Positions 51,301 through 64,000 of a stretch of DNA of 64,000 bases are shown here, in pieces (position 1 is the first letter of the stretch; every line of letters begins with the position of its first letter). Origin of the DNA: Lytechinus pictus. Taxonomy: Eukaryota. The position numbers and the translations under genes are program-made. The stretch is from positions 1,674,001 to 1,738,000 of the forward strand of contig NC_087245.1 in NCBI RefSeq assembly GCF_037042905.1. The letters run 5' to 3'. The notes beneath the pieces were generated by a model. That model had not been told where the DNA came from. It was given only the letters and a program-made list of their open reading frames with translations, and did no database searches.

Positions 51301-54300
51301 AAATAGTGATAATATTGGCAAATTTTGTTAATGAAAATCCATAAAAAATAAGATAGTTATGGATTTTAAATATTTGGCATAATATGGGAGCAGCTTTTAT
51401 GTAATATAAATTTCCTAGATTCATTTTTTATGGTAACATGATGAACAAAAAAAAATGTTCTAATAAAAGGGATGATGAAATGATGTGTCTGAACAGTCTG
51501 ATAATTTATCCACCTCAAGATTAAAATCACTCCCTACATGTATATTTTAAGGAAATGGGCATTTTGCAGAATAAAAAATTCATAACTCAGTAATTCTTTG
51601 ACAAATTTTCCTTAAACCAATATATTCTCTAATCTTTCTGCTTTTATCAAAACTCATTTATCATCATGAACTGAGAATGGCAACACAGACGTGATTGGCT
51701 GGCGCGTTCATACTGTGCATTACGACGACGAACGATCCAAGAAAAAACCTGACTATGTGTGTTTGTCATAAAAATTCAGTATTTTCCAGCATATATTTCA
51801 GAAAGGTGGTAAGCTTATTAAATTCAATATTATTTTGTTGTCATCCTTGCTCCCTTTTTCTCCAATCAAAAGGGGAAATTAAGCAGTAATCGAGGTGGGT
51901 GCACTAGCGCACCTTTTTCTCCAAATGCATAGACGCTGCAGTTAAGCGTCGGTCGAACCTCCACCATTACGAGCCCTATGGCAGACATCCGTCTGTGAAG
52001 GAGGACAAAAAAAATCAGAAAATTTTTTAAAACTCCTTCGAAACAGCAGACATATCAGTCTAGGATAAAGGCAGCGCCAACACATCAGCGAATTCTCTCA
52101 AATGGAGATTTATTCATTTTCAGAAAGTTGGCGGAGTACAGCAAGCCTGCATATAGAGTTGAGGTCAAAAGTTTACATACACCCATGTAATTCAGTGAAA
52201 TTTGTTCGCTTGCTAAACATCGTCAAATTTACTATATCTTCAGAAATATAAATACTACCATGACGAATTTGGTATCAAATGAAAGAGGTATTAAGCTCTT
52301 TCAGATGATAGGGATGACGTTTGGATTAAAATATATTTCAGTAATATTTGTGCCAAATGTATTATATTGTTTGTTATTATATTTTCAAACATCGTTTCAC
52401 AGGAATATATGAATGTTAAATCTATGATTTATATATTTTCTATCATGATATGTAAATGTTTGTATTGATAAGTAACTAGCACAAATATGAAATTTTTTGT
52501 CAGGTTTTTATTTTGAATTTGTCTAAAATATGAAGTTTTTTTGGGGGAAACTGAACCCTAAATGTTTTTCAGCTCCTGATGACAAAGCGATGTGATAAAG
52601 GGGCATGACATATCTGGATCTGTACGATGCAGGGCCTTCCTGGGCATAAACGCATCGGGTGAGAGAGGGCGGAGTGAAGATTAGAAGGTTCTGTCGATGG
52701 CCTTGAATGAGCTTGTCGATGTTGAGTTGATGATAGCGTCACTCAGCTGGTTCCACTCAATGATAGTGGATGGGAAAAACGAGTTCCTGTATTGTTCAGT
52801 TCGTGCTCTGATTGGATTGTAGCATTTGAACATTATTTGTCACTTGCCTATATATAGTATTTGTCGTGTTACAGATACATCGTTTGGATTTTATAGGTTG
52901 AGCAAAATTTTGGATTGGGAGTGCTGGCACCAACCTCCCGACCACTTAGAAGAAGAGGGTGAGTTTGAGGTTCCTTCTTCTTTCCTTCAGGCTTGGGAGA
53001 TGGAGTTCTTCTTCTTCTTCTTCTGGAAACAGTACAGTCCACCGTCTGGTGTATTGTCGTACTGAGTTCTGCTAGCTTGTTTGTGATTAAACCAAATTAA
53101 ACAAGTGGAATGCCTCTGGCTGTCTCATCTGCATCATCCGATTCAATATAGCAGCAGTGCTGACTTTGAAAACTACTATAAAATATTATTCACAAAAAAC
53201 ATCATTCATATAATGATACAATACTACGTTCATTGACATTTGACCTTGATCATGTGACCAAAAACTTGTCAGTGATACTTGATTACCCTATATCCACATT
53301 TTATACACTATATCTATAAACTTAAAAGTTATGACAGCAATCTAATAATTACCTCTAAAATGGCCAAAGTTCAATTACCTTAAATGACCTTTGACTTTGG
53401 TCATGTGACCTGAAACTCGCATGAGATGTTCAGTGATACTTGATGACTCTTATGTCCACAGTTTATGAACTAGATTAATATACAGTACTAACAGATTTAT
53501 GATGGTAATTCAACAAATACCCCCAACATGGCCAAAGTCCATTGACCTTTGACCGTGGTCATGTGACCTGAAACTCGCACAAGATGTTCAGTGATACTTG
53601 GTTACTCTTATGTAAACGTTTCATGAACTAGACCAATACACTTACAGAGATATGATCGTATGATACTGTTCAAAAGGCACCATAACCTTTGTAGCACACA
53701 ATGAAAGGATTTGAAAAAAAATACAAGCTCTCACATACTTCGGTTGAAAAAAAAATGTTTTTGCTTGAAGAAGGAATATTAAAACTAAAACTAAGCTAAA
53801 AGAGAACATATTAAAAAGAAACAACAACAATTCAAGCAAACAAATAGATTTGAAAATGAATTTTGACCGCATAATTTGAAAATTGTGTCAAAGATAATGA
53901 AAAGGTTAAGAGAAAGTCTGCTGATTAGCAAAAAGTCCGATCATCATATTTATCCTTTTATGCCAATCTGGCGCAAGCCTCCTTTTTAATCCCATACAAA
54001 AACATTCCATGTTCGCTCAAGCATGAACGAAACTATATTTTTTAATGGCATTTGAAATATAAGACTTCAGAGCACCTATTAACACCAAAATATAGACATC
54101 ATAATTTGAAACAAAAATTTTATAGACTTTTCAAATCTGTCCCGTTTTTTTTTTTATACGCACTGTACTGATCGAAGCTATAATTATCAATAGATGGGAC
54201 TGAGGTAAGGCCTAGGCGCGGCGTACGCCTAAATACATTCATAAATAAGCTCACCTTGTCTTTGGTAGGTGCATGGTTCATAGGAGTCCATGAACTGAAT

Positions 54301-54365
54301 TTTATTCTCGTATCTAAGTTCTTCTTCTTATTTTCTATCCGCTTCTGTTCACCTGACCAAGCCAT
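45339..54365 (-). CDS. FBXO16: F-box only protein 16, 8 exons, 383 aa
   Basis: Exons 54365-54255, 50758-50723, 50295-50089, 49552-49388, 48849-48632, 48254-48089, 46151-45971 and 45406-45339. All GT-AG with consistent phases, 1152 nt. Motifs SSWTPMNH, VFEERREVIQKWFDKWTD, F-box [33 protein letters not shown]...LDQLWMPK, GVWKRHY, PWR...NYLDN and LKRARS match my recollection of vertebrate FBXO16. Confidence 0.92.
46615..47625. mobile_element. Tsp/pearl-type (Helentron-associated) element in FBXO16 intron 6
   Basis: Starts AACAAGTGGAATGC, has internal ~150-190-bp repeats containing TGACCTTTGACCT, a (CGC)n tract and a terminal hairpin GTCTCAC...GTGAGAC-AAAAA. Confidence 0.75.
52156..52560 (+). 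mobile_element. Tc1/mariner-like left terminal remnant
   Basis: TA followed by GAGTTGAGGTCAAAAGTTTACATACAC, which resembles Tc1-family (Sleeping Beauty-type) termini. No partner end is seen and the right boundary is approximate. Confidence 0.55.
52610..52825 (-). mobile_element. CR1/L2-group LINE 3' fragment
   Basis: Minus-strand CYNPIRARTEQYRNSFFPSTIIEWNQLSDAIINSTSTSSFK carries the SFFP.T...WN.L C-terminal motif, followed by a short UTR and an AGATCC-type tail. Confidence 0.75.
53099..53660. mobile_element. Truncated copy of the 46615-47625 element in FBXO16 intron 1
   Basis: Collinear, high similarity to 46615-47150. Confidence 0.8.
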
Positions 54366-54860
54366 GGTGCAAAAATATTATAGTTAGAAATTTGGGTCCA
54401 TTCGTTTCCAACGAACGCCGTATCTCACACTGAAGATGCTGAAAATTTTACTTTTTATTTCTTTCTATGGTGGTGTTCAACCAAAGAATTGCATGTACTT
54501 TAAAATGATATACTAGTAACAGTATTCCCCCCCCCCCTTCCCATCCCGGTGGTCAAAACGAGGATATTCAGCAAATTCAGAGTAGAGAGAGAAACATAAC
54601 ATCTGAAAGCTAAGAAGTAAGAGAAATATTAGACAGTAAAGGAAATTAAGTTGAAGACACAAAATAGTATACCGTATATCTCTCGATCTCTGTTTCGATC
54701 CTCCGCGCTCTTCGGAGATTAGCGATAAATCGCCGTCAATAGCATAGATGACGTACTGGGATGAAATCTGGCTCATTAGCCTAGTTAGCATGTATAGAGT
54801 ACAGGCGATGGGCATGAATTTTATATATAAAATGAAATAGTCATCTTCAAGATGGAATCG

Positions 54861-55848
54861 TTAAAGGGATGGTCCAGCTAGGCTGGAGATATTTATATCT
54901 CAATAAATAGAGTAAAATTCACAGGGTAAAATGCTGAAAATTTGATAAAAATCGGATAACAAATAAAGAAGTTATTGAATTTTAAAGATTTGCATTATTC
55001 CGGTGAAACAGACCTAGGCATGTCTCATAAAATAAGATTGTAATGTTACACGGAAATCAGCAAGCGAGATCGAGATACCAACTAGTTCTTTATTTAAAAT
55101 CGTGCTCAAAATAAAAATTTCAGCTCGCGCTTCGCGCTCACATCATTTCTGTAGCAAAAACCCATACTTTAATGATTAAATAGGTTAATATAATGTCCCG
55201 TTTTCAGTTCTAAACCTCAAATGAACTCCTGCTTCGATTTGCAATAATCTTTTGTTGGATATATATCTTGTTCTTTATTAAAAGCGTCCATTAAAACCCT
55301 TTTTTTTTTCAGATCGAAATATCAAAATTTTCAGCTTGCGCTTCGTGCTCGCTTCCGTTTCTGTAGGAAGAAAACCCATACTTTTCATGATTAAATAGGT
55401 GAATAGAATGTCCCGTTTTCAGTTCTAAACCTCAAAAGAACTCCCACTTCGATTTGCAATAATCTTTTGTTGGATATATATCTTGTTCTTTATTAAAAAT
55501 CGTCCATTAAACTGTCATTTTTTCAGATCGAAGTATCAATATTTTCAGCTCGCGCTTCGCGCTCGCATATATTGTTCTTCTAGATACCCATCTTAATCAT
55601 GGTACCCAAAATGCTTAAAATAACAAGCTTTCAGGTCAGAATATAAAGAAATTTCAGCTCGCTCTCGGCACTCACATTATCTGTGCAGTGAGATACAGGT
55701 ATCTACCCCCCTCATGAGTTACTACAAACAGTCCTAAACAGGAACCTTTTTCTGTTTTCATGTCAGTATACTAAAAAAAATTCAGCTCGCGCTTCGCGCT
55801 CGCATTAATTTGTTGGTGAGGGAGAGATATATGTCCCTTTCTCATGAG

Positions 55849-55887
<39 letters not shown>

Positions 55888-56785
55888 CATATATGCATAT
55901 ATAATATAGGCCTATGTTTGTGGGGGTATAGGGGTGTGTGTGGGTGAGTTTGTTCGTTTTGTGTGATCGAGCGCCTTTGGAACGTTGATTCATGATTTTG
56001 CCCCCCCAATCTGAAAAATGGATCGTGACGGGTCCATTATGTATACGAGGGGTGCATCCTAGCTTACCACTGCATAGGTAAGTCTGAAAATTAAGTTTTG
56101 CTTATTCCTTTCACTTTATAATGACGTTTTAAATGTTTAAACAACGATAATTTATGAAATTGACACAAAAAATTACGTTGAAACATTAATTGTGTATACA
56201 TTTTATCCCTCTGTAATGCTATTTCCCCCATAAAGCCGCAATGGAACATTCTGCACCACTATAGTCATACGATGATCGCGAGGTCTGCAAACGTCGTCTG
56301 CTATGTTTTTACATGTCCGGTCACTGTATGCAAGGTTTCGATATGTTATGAATATTCATTAGGTGGGCTGAACGATGATGTCATATCCCCACTTGTTCTT
56401 TTGTATTTGATGAAATTAGATTTATTCAATTTTTTTAGCTAGAACTAAAACAATTGGATTGACAACTGATTAAGTGCATTAGTTATTTATTGCCGCAACT
56501 TATTTCATCATAATGGAGAAAATAAAACAATCATGTTTTCATGTAATAACGTGAGAAAAAGAAAAGTTGGGATCAGTGACATCATCAGCCCACATGCACC
56601 TAATGAATATTCATGATGATGTGCCACACAACTGTTTTCACAAAATATTAACTTTAAAATTCAATATCTATGTTATTTGTTTGTTCTCCGATTTTGATAC
56701 AATTTTCAGCGTTTTGCTCTGTGAATTTTACATTTTACTCTATTTATTAAGATATATATATTTTCAGCCCGGACCGTCCCTTTAA
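54861..56785. mobile_element. Kolobok-like non-autonomous element with nested insertions, including a ~220-bp tandem repeat carrying CAGCTCGCGCTTCGCGCTCGC
   Basis: TTAA-AGGGATGGTCC at the left end and GGACCGTCCCT-TTAA at the right end. A related copy lies at about 57590-58264. Confidence 0.65.
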
Positions 56786-59398
56786 CAGTATGAGCAGTAT
56801 AGCATACGCAGGTTTTTTTTTTAAGTGGGAAGGGGGGCTGGTTCAAGCTTATTATGAAATGTTGACAACCCAAAAAAAAAAGGCCTTCAAAAAATTTTAG
56901 GGGGTGATTTCTTGGGGGGTCAGTGGGTAAATTTAAGGGGGGTTGAACCCCTGCAAAATACCCCCCCCCCCCCCGTGTACGCCACTGAGTATGAGGTCCA
57001 TGGTATGAGGAAAGGGAAGGGTCATGCGGCAAGAGAGTGGCGCAAGTCATTTCAATTGGATCATGCATAGGTGTTGAGTGGAGTAATTCTTGGAGAGGAT
57101 TGAAGAGCATCTCGTAAAAGTTTGCTCACTTTGGCCATGAGCCACTGTATGCTGAATCCTTATCATGGCAGAGTGGACATTTCGAATCAGTAATTCTTTC
57201 TTGAGTTTGGTGAGCCGAGTTCGGGTGAGATATAGTCATGTCAGATGTCACACATTGTGCTCTGATGGTATAGTGCCTGTCTGATAATTGATGATGGATC
57301 GATGATTCCTCGGGTAGAGATTCTTAGGGTTGATAGTTTTCCCATGCCAGAATATGAGAGAGGCCCAGTAGATCGTATTGTAACACATTGTAATTACATT
57401 TGGAAAAAATGACGTGAGTGAATAGTATCAGCGAACCCGGCCCCATCCCCCACCCGCTTCCCCTTTCTGTACCCCCCATGAAACAATATGATATGTTACG
57501 AATAAGAAAGGAAACTGATTTTAATGTGTCATTATCTGCAGATTGAACGTGGTCCGATCATTGAGGCCAGGAATCGCTCATGAGTCATGAAAGGGGTGGT
57601 TCGGGCTGAAAATGTTTATAGCAAAATAAATAGAGTAAAATTCACAAAGCAAAATGCGCACTCTTTAATAAAAAAGGGGTAGATTTGAAAGACTGGTCCA
57701 TGGTCAATCGCAGGGTCAAACGTATTTAGGGTATGTTTTTCCCCGGGGTCATATTCTGACGACAACTTGTTTAGAGGCCAAAATGTGTAAATAAAGCCCG
57801 CGAAAAACTTGTTTAGGGGGTTATTTTGCACAGAGAGAAAAACTCGTTTAGGCCGGGGTGTTTGGAAATAATTTGGCCACGCGTGTACTGTACAGCAATA
57901 GATTTGACTGCCCCCCCCCCCCCCGGATCCCCACTTTCCTTTTTCTTATGCTATTACATGAAATCATAAATGTAATTATTTCATACATGATTGTGTAAAT
58001 GATGTGTCTCCATTGTGATGAAACAAGTTGCGGCAATAAATAACTAACACACTTAATCGGTTGTCAATTAAATTAGTTCTTGGTAGAAAAAAATAGATAA
58101 AGACATGCTAGAAATGTTTCCGTCACCGGAATAATGCAAATTTGTAAAATTCAATAACTTCGTTATTTGTCATCCGATTTGGATCAAATTTTCAGCATTT
58201 TGCTTTGTGAATTTTACTCTATTTATTGAGATATAAATATCTTCAGCCTGGACCATCCCTTGAAGGGGATTGATATCGCCGTGGGGCGTACGTAAACTAT
58301 AGGCCTATAATGAAAGGAAATCTGTAGGAAAAGCGCCTAAAATTACACTTTTTATATTTCAGAGAAAACAAAGTAATAGAAAGCGAAGAACATTACCATC
58401 GGTCCATATCCCTAGAAAATCGTTACAAGAAATTTCGAAATGACGAAAAATAGACACAAATTTGTGAGAAAAAAAATCACGAAAGAGGTGGGACAAATCG
58501 GCCCGCGGTCCGAGATGTCCCGAGGTCCGAGTTTTCCCGACCCCATGAGTTATGCTCAGACTTTTTAAAACAATCTTTGTATTGTATGTTTAACTATATG
58601 TTTGTTTTTCATTTTTTCGTTCATTTACTTTTACAATATATAGCGCGGGATATGGAGGTGTGATATATATAGCAAAGTCGGTAGAACACGGGGATTTCAG
58701 ATAGTACAATGACTCGCTTTATGGTATAGGGCATTAATTATACCTCATTTCCAGGTCCCTCGGAGAGGAATTTAAGCCTTCGGTCCTCTAGTTGCTTGCT
58801 AACTTCACGTTTTCCCAGCAATCGCGTAAGAAAAATCACCACAAATATGCAAACTTTATTACACCCCCCCCCCCTCTCTCTCTCTCTCTCCCCCTCTGAA
58901 TTAGGTCAGGATCGAGCATATAGCAAGCTGTGAACTATCCGAGTCGAAAATGATAAATTTGTAATTTGATCTAAATATATTCAGGCCAGTTTAGAGTCGA
59001 AATGTCGATCATTTTGTCTAACAGCAGTATACGTTTTGTAATAAAGCCAAAAGTTTTGAGGGGGGCAGATATGGCGTAGGCCTAAAGATCGAGGCAAAAT
59101 TTCTTTTAAAAAAAATAATAATAAAAGAACCGAGCTTGCAAGAAAATACAAAAATACAATTTTGTGATAGCAGATTTTTACATTATATTCAGAAAATAAT
59201 ATCATAATTATTTTACCCCCTTTTCATATCATTTTCTTTCCTTTTCTCATTTTTCTTAGTCGTGAAAATTTTAAGGGTTCCATATTATGGCCCCCAAGCC
59301 ATCAACCCCATCTGTACGCCAGTGTAACAGTGTGCACGGTACTGTATGCAGGGAAAGTCGATCGCTATATACTCGTAGTTAAGACATGTATAATATTC

Positions 59399-62300
59399 GG
59401 TGACCCGACAATTGCTCCGCCGACATCTGCTCCGCCGACAATTGCTACGCAAAATAAGACAATTGCTCCGCCGACAATTGCTCCGCCGACAGTTGCTCCG
59501 TCGACACTTGCTCCGCCGATATGTGCTCCGTCGACACTTGCTCCGCCGATATTTGCTCCGCCGATATTTGCTCCGCCGACATGTGCTCCGCCGACATCTG
59601 CTCCGCCGAAAATTGCTCCGCCGACAATTAATCCGCCGATAATTGCTCCGCCGACATCTGCTCCGATTATACGACAATTGCTCCGCCGACATTTGCTCCG
59701 TCGACAATTGCTCCGCCGATATGTGCTCCGTCGACACTTGCTCCGCCGATATTTGCTCCGCCGATATTTGCTCCGCCGACATGTGCTCCGCCGACATCTG
59801 CTCCGCCGAAAATTGCTCCGCCGACAATTGCTCCGTCGACACTTGCTCCGCCGATATTTGCTCCGCCGATATTTGCTCCGCCGACATGTGCTCCGCCGAC
59901 ATCTGCTCCGCCAAAAATTGCTCCGCCGACAGTTGCTCCGCCGATATTTGCTCCGCCGACATCTGCTCCGATTATACGACAATTGCATGAACATCTTATT
60001 TCTCCAAGTTGGTCTATGTTAAATGATAAGAAATTCATCCTGATACAAATTGTTTTGTCGTTGTTTTGTTCTTGTTATTCGTTAATGTTTTATTTATTTT
60101 ATTCTCCCCCTATCATCACAGCTTTCTGCTTAAAAAACAAAACAAATTGTTCTCCCTGCCGCTGCCACTTGACAAATTGTAACGGAGAAGGGGAATGACA
60201 CACTCCCCATTGAAATTGTGAATCTGGATTTTTGTTTTATTATATTATATTATTATCATTGGTTTCACTCCGGTCTTGAGCGGGGAGAGATTTTTTTTTT
60301 TTTTTTTTTTGGGGGGGGGGGGGGGTGCTGGACACAATATCTCTTCTGCTTTCCAGCAACTTATACACCATACATTCGCGCGGGCTCTCTCTCTCTCTCT
60401 TTCTCGTTTTGTTCTTTCACGTTGTTTATTTTTATTGGTGACCGCTTGATTTATTGTATATTTATCAGTATTATAATTATTAATATTTTTATCAATAATT
60501 TTTATTTACGTCTTCGGCCTTATCTACCCTTGCATTTTTTTTTCCTTCAATTTGTTTCAAACGAAAGTATGATCATCACTGGCGTACAGATGGGGGAGGG
60601 GCGTGCTAAGGGTCACGGATCCCCCCATTCTCCCTTCCAATGAAAAAAAAAAGAATAAAGGAAAGGAAAATAAATGTCATCCTTGTCTCGCCCCCTCCAT
60701 TTTTTGTTGTTGGCTCATTACGCTACTGGTGAGTTACTATAAAACTAGACTTCGGTTGTATTTTTGTTCTATTCTGTGCAATAGCGACAATATAAATATA
60801 TTATAATAAATAAATAAATATATGTATGTATCTCTCTCATTACGTCTAAACAAATAATGTTATTTTTAAAAGACAATAATATATATACCAGCAATAATAT
60901 AGTTACAAATTCATGAAACCCAATACGCATCTCACTGAATTTATAATGCGAGCACAAAGCACGAGCTGTTATTGACATGGAAAGGGGACATTTATACGCC
61001 TTTTTTTAATTGTAAACATGAAGCATATCTCGGGGGGGGGGGAGATATATCGTAAAAGAAATGAGAGCACGATGCGTTAATTGAATATTTTTGATATATT
61101 TACCAGAGTTACAATTCTATATATTTCTTTTTCTTTGTGTTATTTCTTTCGACAAACTGTAATTGAAGTATTGAAGAGTATATAGGCTGCTATGCCTGCT
61201 GATCATGATAGAATGTGGATTATTTTGCTGATTCATTAGATCTTAACATGTGTTCTTTAAATTTGGTAATTTGGGTACATGTTAGAAACACAGGCATTAT
61301 GCATTCAGATGCACATTGTGGAAATGAGATTCAGTATTCCTTGCAGCTAAGAAAGGTTTTGAAAATGACACTACTCTCAATTACATGTATACTGTGTCCA
61401 TAGTTGCGAGTGTGTGAAAATGAAGGTGTTTGCAGTCATTAAAGTGTAGTTTTGGTTGGAAAACGTTAATAAAACTGTCGAGAACGTACAGTCTTTATGA
61501 TTTCATTTATCTCATGTTCTGATCAGTAAATCAAATAAAAAAATGATAATGACAAGAACTTGTTAAGTTTATCCTTCTATTTCAATCCCATGAATAAACA
61601 GAAATCGCGATATTCAGAAATAATAAGTCATACACCTCCTTTCTTCCTCAAGCTCTCACTCACTCCCCCTCTTTCTCTCTCTCTCTTTCCCTCCATAACC
61701 CTTTTCACAATCATTTTTGTTTGATTTCCGCATAAGCAAAACGACGACGACAATGATAATGATGGTGATCATGAAGATGCTGATAATGATGCTGATGATG
61801 ATAATGGTGGTACAATGATAATGATAATAAGTACATGAACACACGTTTTCTTCTCATATAGTTCATTCTTGGAAAATACATAGGCGGCCATATACACATG
61901 AAGGTATATCATTTATAGAAGAAAATCTTGTTTGATTTTTTTATTTTTTGAAACTACGTGTAAAATTATATCCCCCATCAACAACAAATTGTTACTTACA
62001 TTATAACATCATAATGAATATAATTCGACTATTGGCGGACCATATTTAGATTTAGATTAAGATTTATTCATTTTCCGTTCACAAAGCACAACAAAATCAA
62101 CACAATACATAGTCAAATTTAAAGTACAATATCAATCGGAATAATGCATAAGAATTAGAACGTATAAACAATGAGAACTAATGCGAACTAAAGTAACCTT
62201 GACTAATAACTATATAAAACAGAACATATGGATTTTATTTTTGGATTATTAAAAAAAATTTAATTATCCTTTTTCTATCAGTGAAGAAAACAATCATGAT

Positions 62301-63593
62301 CAACATAAAACAAAAAAGCAACTCACTATTATATACAGTATTATCATAATCTAAAAACCTACGGTGTGTATGACATGATGTGGATGTGGATGTGGAGACC
62401 AGACTGAGAGTGAGAGCACTGTGTGTACGAGAGGATATGGAAACCAGAGTGTGCCGAGAAGGTGACACGACATGTAGCCTTTCACAAGTTGGTATTTTCT
62501 TGAATATTAATTTTTACTTACTGAATGTCTTGGTGAATGTCTGCGTGACTACAGTACAGGTTTTCGACAAAATAAGGTGGGGTATACCGTTGAATTTCAC
62601 CTGGAGCAAATGTCTCCACTTCGGAGCATATTTCGCCAGTCTGAGCGATTTTGACGCTAAGAATGGGGTATGTCTAATTTGTTTCTACTGTTATAACATG
62701 GAGCTATATGGTTATAATAATTACATGAAAACGCGTTTTTTTTCTTCATTTTAATCGCCAGGCACGTAATAAAACTTACACAAATGCTCCCCCCCCCCCA
62801 CCATGAATAAGCATTAAGAATATCTCTCCCTCATTTGTGCTTACCCCTTTTTTCTATTTCTTTCTATATGCATGTATCAGGGGCCGCGGAGCCGGGGGAA
62901 TTAGCCCCCCAATTTTCCAAAGCCGTGTACAAAAAACGTAAGATTGACCATAAGATTTTGATTTTTAGCATGGACAGCCCCCACTTTTGACTCAGCCTTC
63001 ACTTTGAAAACCGTTCCGCGGCCCCTGTGTATGACAGGGGTATGACATGTAATCATGCAAGCATAGTTAAAGTTTACTTTGCAAATTCATGGAGCTATGC
63101 TCCATGGTAAATTGACGCCCTCAGCCTGTGCTACAATTGTTATGCGTATGAAAGTACGAATAAAAAAATAAATAAATAATTGTCGCATTATCGGAGCAAT
63201 TTACGGCGGAGCAGATATCGGCGGAGCAATTATCGGCGGAGCAATTTTTTATTGTCGTATAATCGGAGCAGATGTCGGCGGAGCAAATATCAGCGGAGCA
63301 ATTGTCGTATAATCGGAGCAGATGTCGGCGGAGCAATTATCGGCGGAGCAATTGTCGGTGGAGCAATTTTCGGCGGAGCAGATGTCGGCGGAGCACATGT
63401 CGGCGGAGCAAATATCGGCGGAGCAAATATCGGCGGAGCAAGTGTCGACGGAGCACATATCGGCGGAGCAAGTGTCGACGGAGCAACTGTCGGCGGAGCA
63501 ACTGTCCGGAGCAATTGTCGGCGGAGCAGTTGTCGTATTTTGCGTAGCAATTGTCGGCGGAGCAAATGTCGGCGGAGCAATTGTCATGGAACC
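59399..63593. mobile_element. Complete non-autonomous foldback (TU-like, Mutator-superfamily-type) element, 4195 bp
   Basis: Inverted arms (59399-59986 and 63178-63593) made of 15-bp ATTGCTCCGCCGACA subrepeats. GG...CC termini. Perfect 9-bp TSD ATAATATTC at 59390-59398 and 63594-63602. No transposase ORF inside. Confidence 0.92.
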
Positions 63594-64000
63594 ATAATAT
63601 TCTAACTCTAAATTATCTTGAATATTTTTTAAAATTTGAATATATAGTTTTCATTTTAGAGCGCTTGACGGCATGATGATCATTGGATATTATTCAATAT
63701 TTTTTGTGTATGGTTGAAATATGAAATAATTAAATATATAACAAATAAAAGATAATCAACGCCAAATGCGCAGATTCACTCAGGGGCGGATCCAGCTTCC
63801 GCCAATAGGGGGGGGGGCAATTTTTTTCACCCATATTTTCCCCGATCGGCCAACTGAAAGTTGATTTATGTTTGTTTCTTCGAAGGGGTTGTCCCAGTGG
63901 CGTAATGAGCATGGGTGTCGATCACGGGGGGATGGGGGGATATATCCCCCCAATATTTTAAGTGGGGGGGGGGGATGGCCTGTATTATCATCCCCCCCAA

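Noticed and set aside
45339-54365. ECT2L as an alternative identity for the F-box gene
   Set aside because: The N-terminus is shared, but there are no DUF4347 or RhoGEF exons, and the PWR...NYLDN and LKRARS motifs and short length fit FBXO16.
59285-63605. SAEQ, RRS, APP and GGA repeat ORFs that look pentapeptide-, protamine- or antifreeze-like
   Set aside because: They are the 15-bp subrepeats of the foldback TIRs, and the TSD shows they belong to a transposon.

Overview
AT-rich, intron-containing animal genomic DNA. The repeat repertoire and gene content point to an echinoderm, probably a sea urchin (inference). There are no prokaryotic features, no CRISPR array and no true rRNA or tRNA genes. 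Genes: (1) a tandem pair of minus-strand RING/B-box/coiled-coil TRIM genes, one complete at 16.06-17.03 kb and the first 14 codons of a paralog at 1-42; (2) a 5-exon plus-strand PH+PDZ adaptor gene at 20.8-36.4 kb, 352 aa by manual splicing; (3) an 8-exon minus-strand FBXO16 orthologue at 45.3-54.4 kb, 383 aa. Mobile DNA: a Tx1/L1-clade LINE with an intact 1267-aa ORF2 but no visible ORF1; a complete 4.2-kb non-autonomous foldback (TU/Mutator-like) element with 15-bp-subrepeat TIRs and a perfect 9-bp TSD; three Tsp/pearl/Helentron-associated elements; Harbinger-, Kolobok-, piggyBac- and Tc1-like MITEs or ends; tRNA-derived SINEs; several LINE 3' remnants; and minisatellites. Best candidate for something new: the TRIM ORF has a phase-matched splice (donor 16081, acceptor 9098) across the LINE into a second exon. 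That exon encodes a transmembrane helix followed by a decayed retroelement-type 2A/StopGo-like motif, which would give a 482-aa membrane-anchored TRIM apparently built partly from LINE sequence. The same gene also has a 106-bp perfect palindrome just upstream that doubles a Rel/NF-kB-like site. All gene models were spliced and translated by eye and need RNA-seq or homology confirmation.
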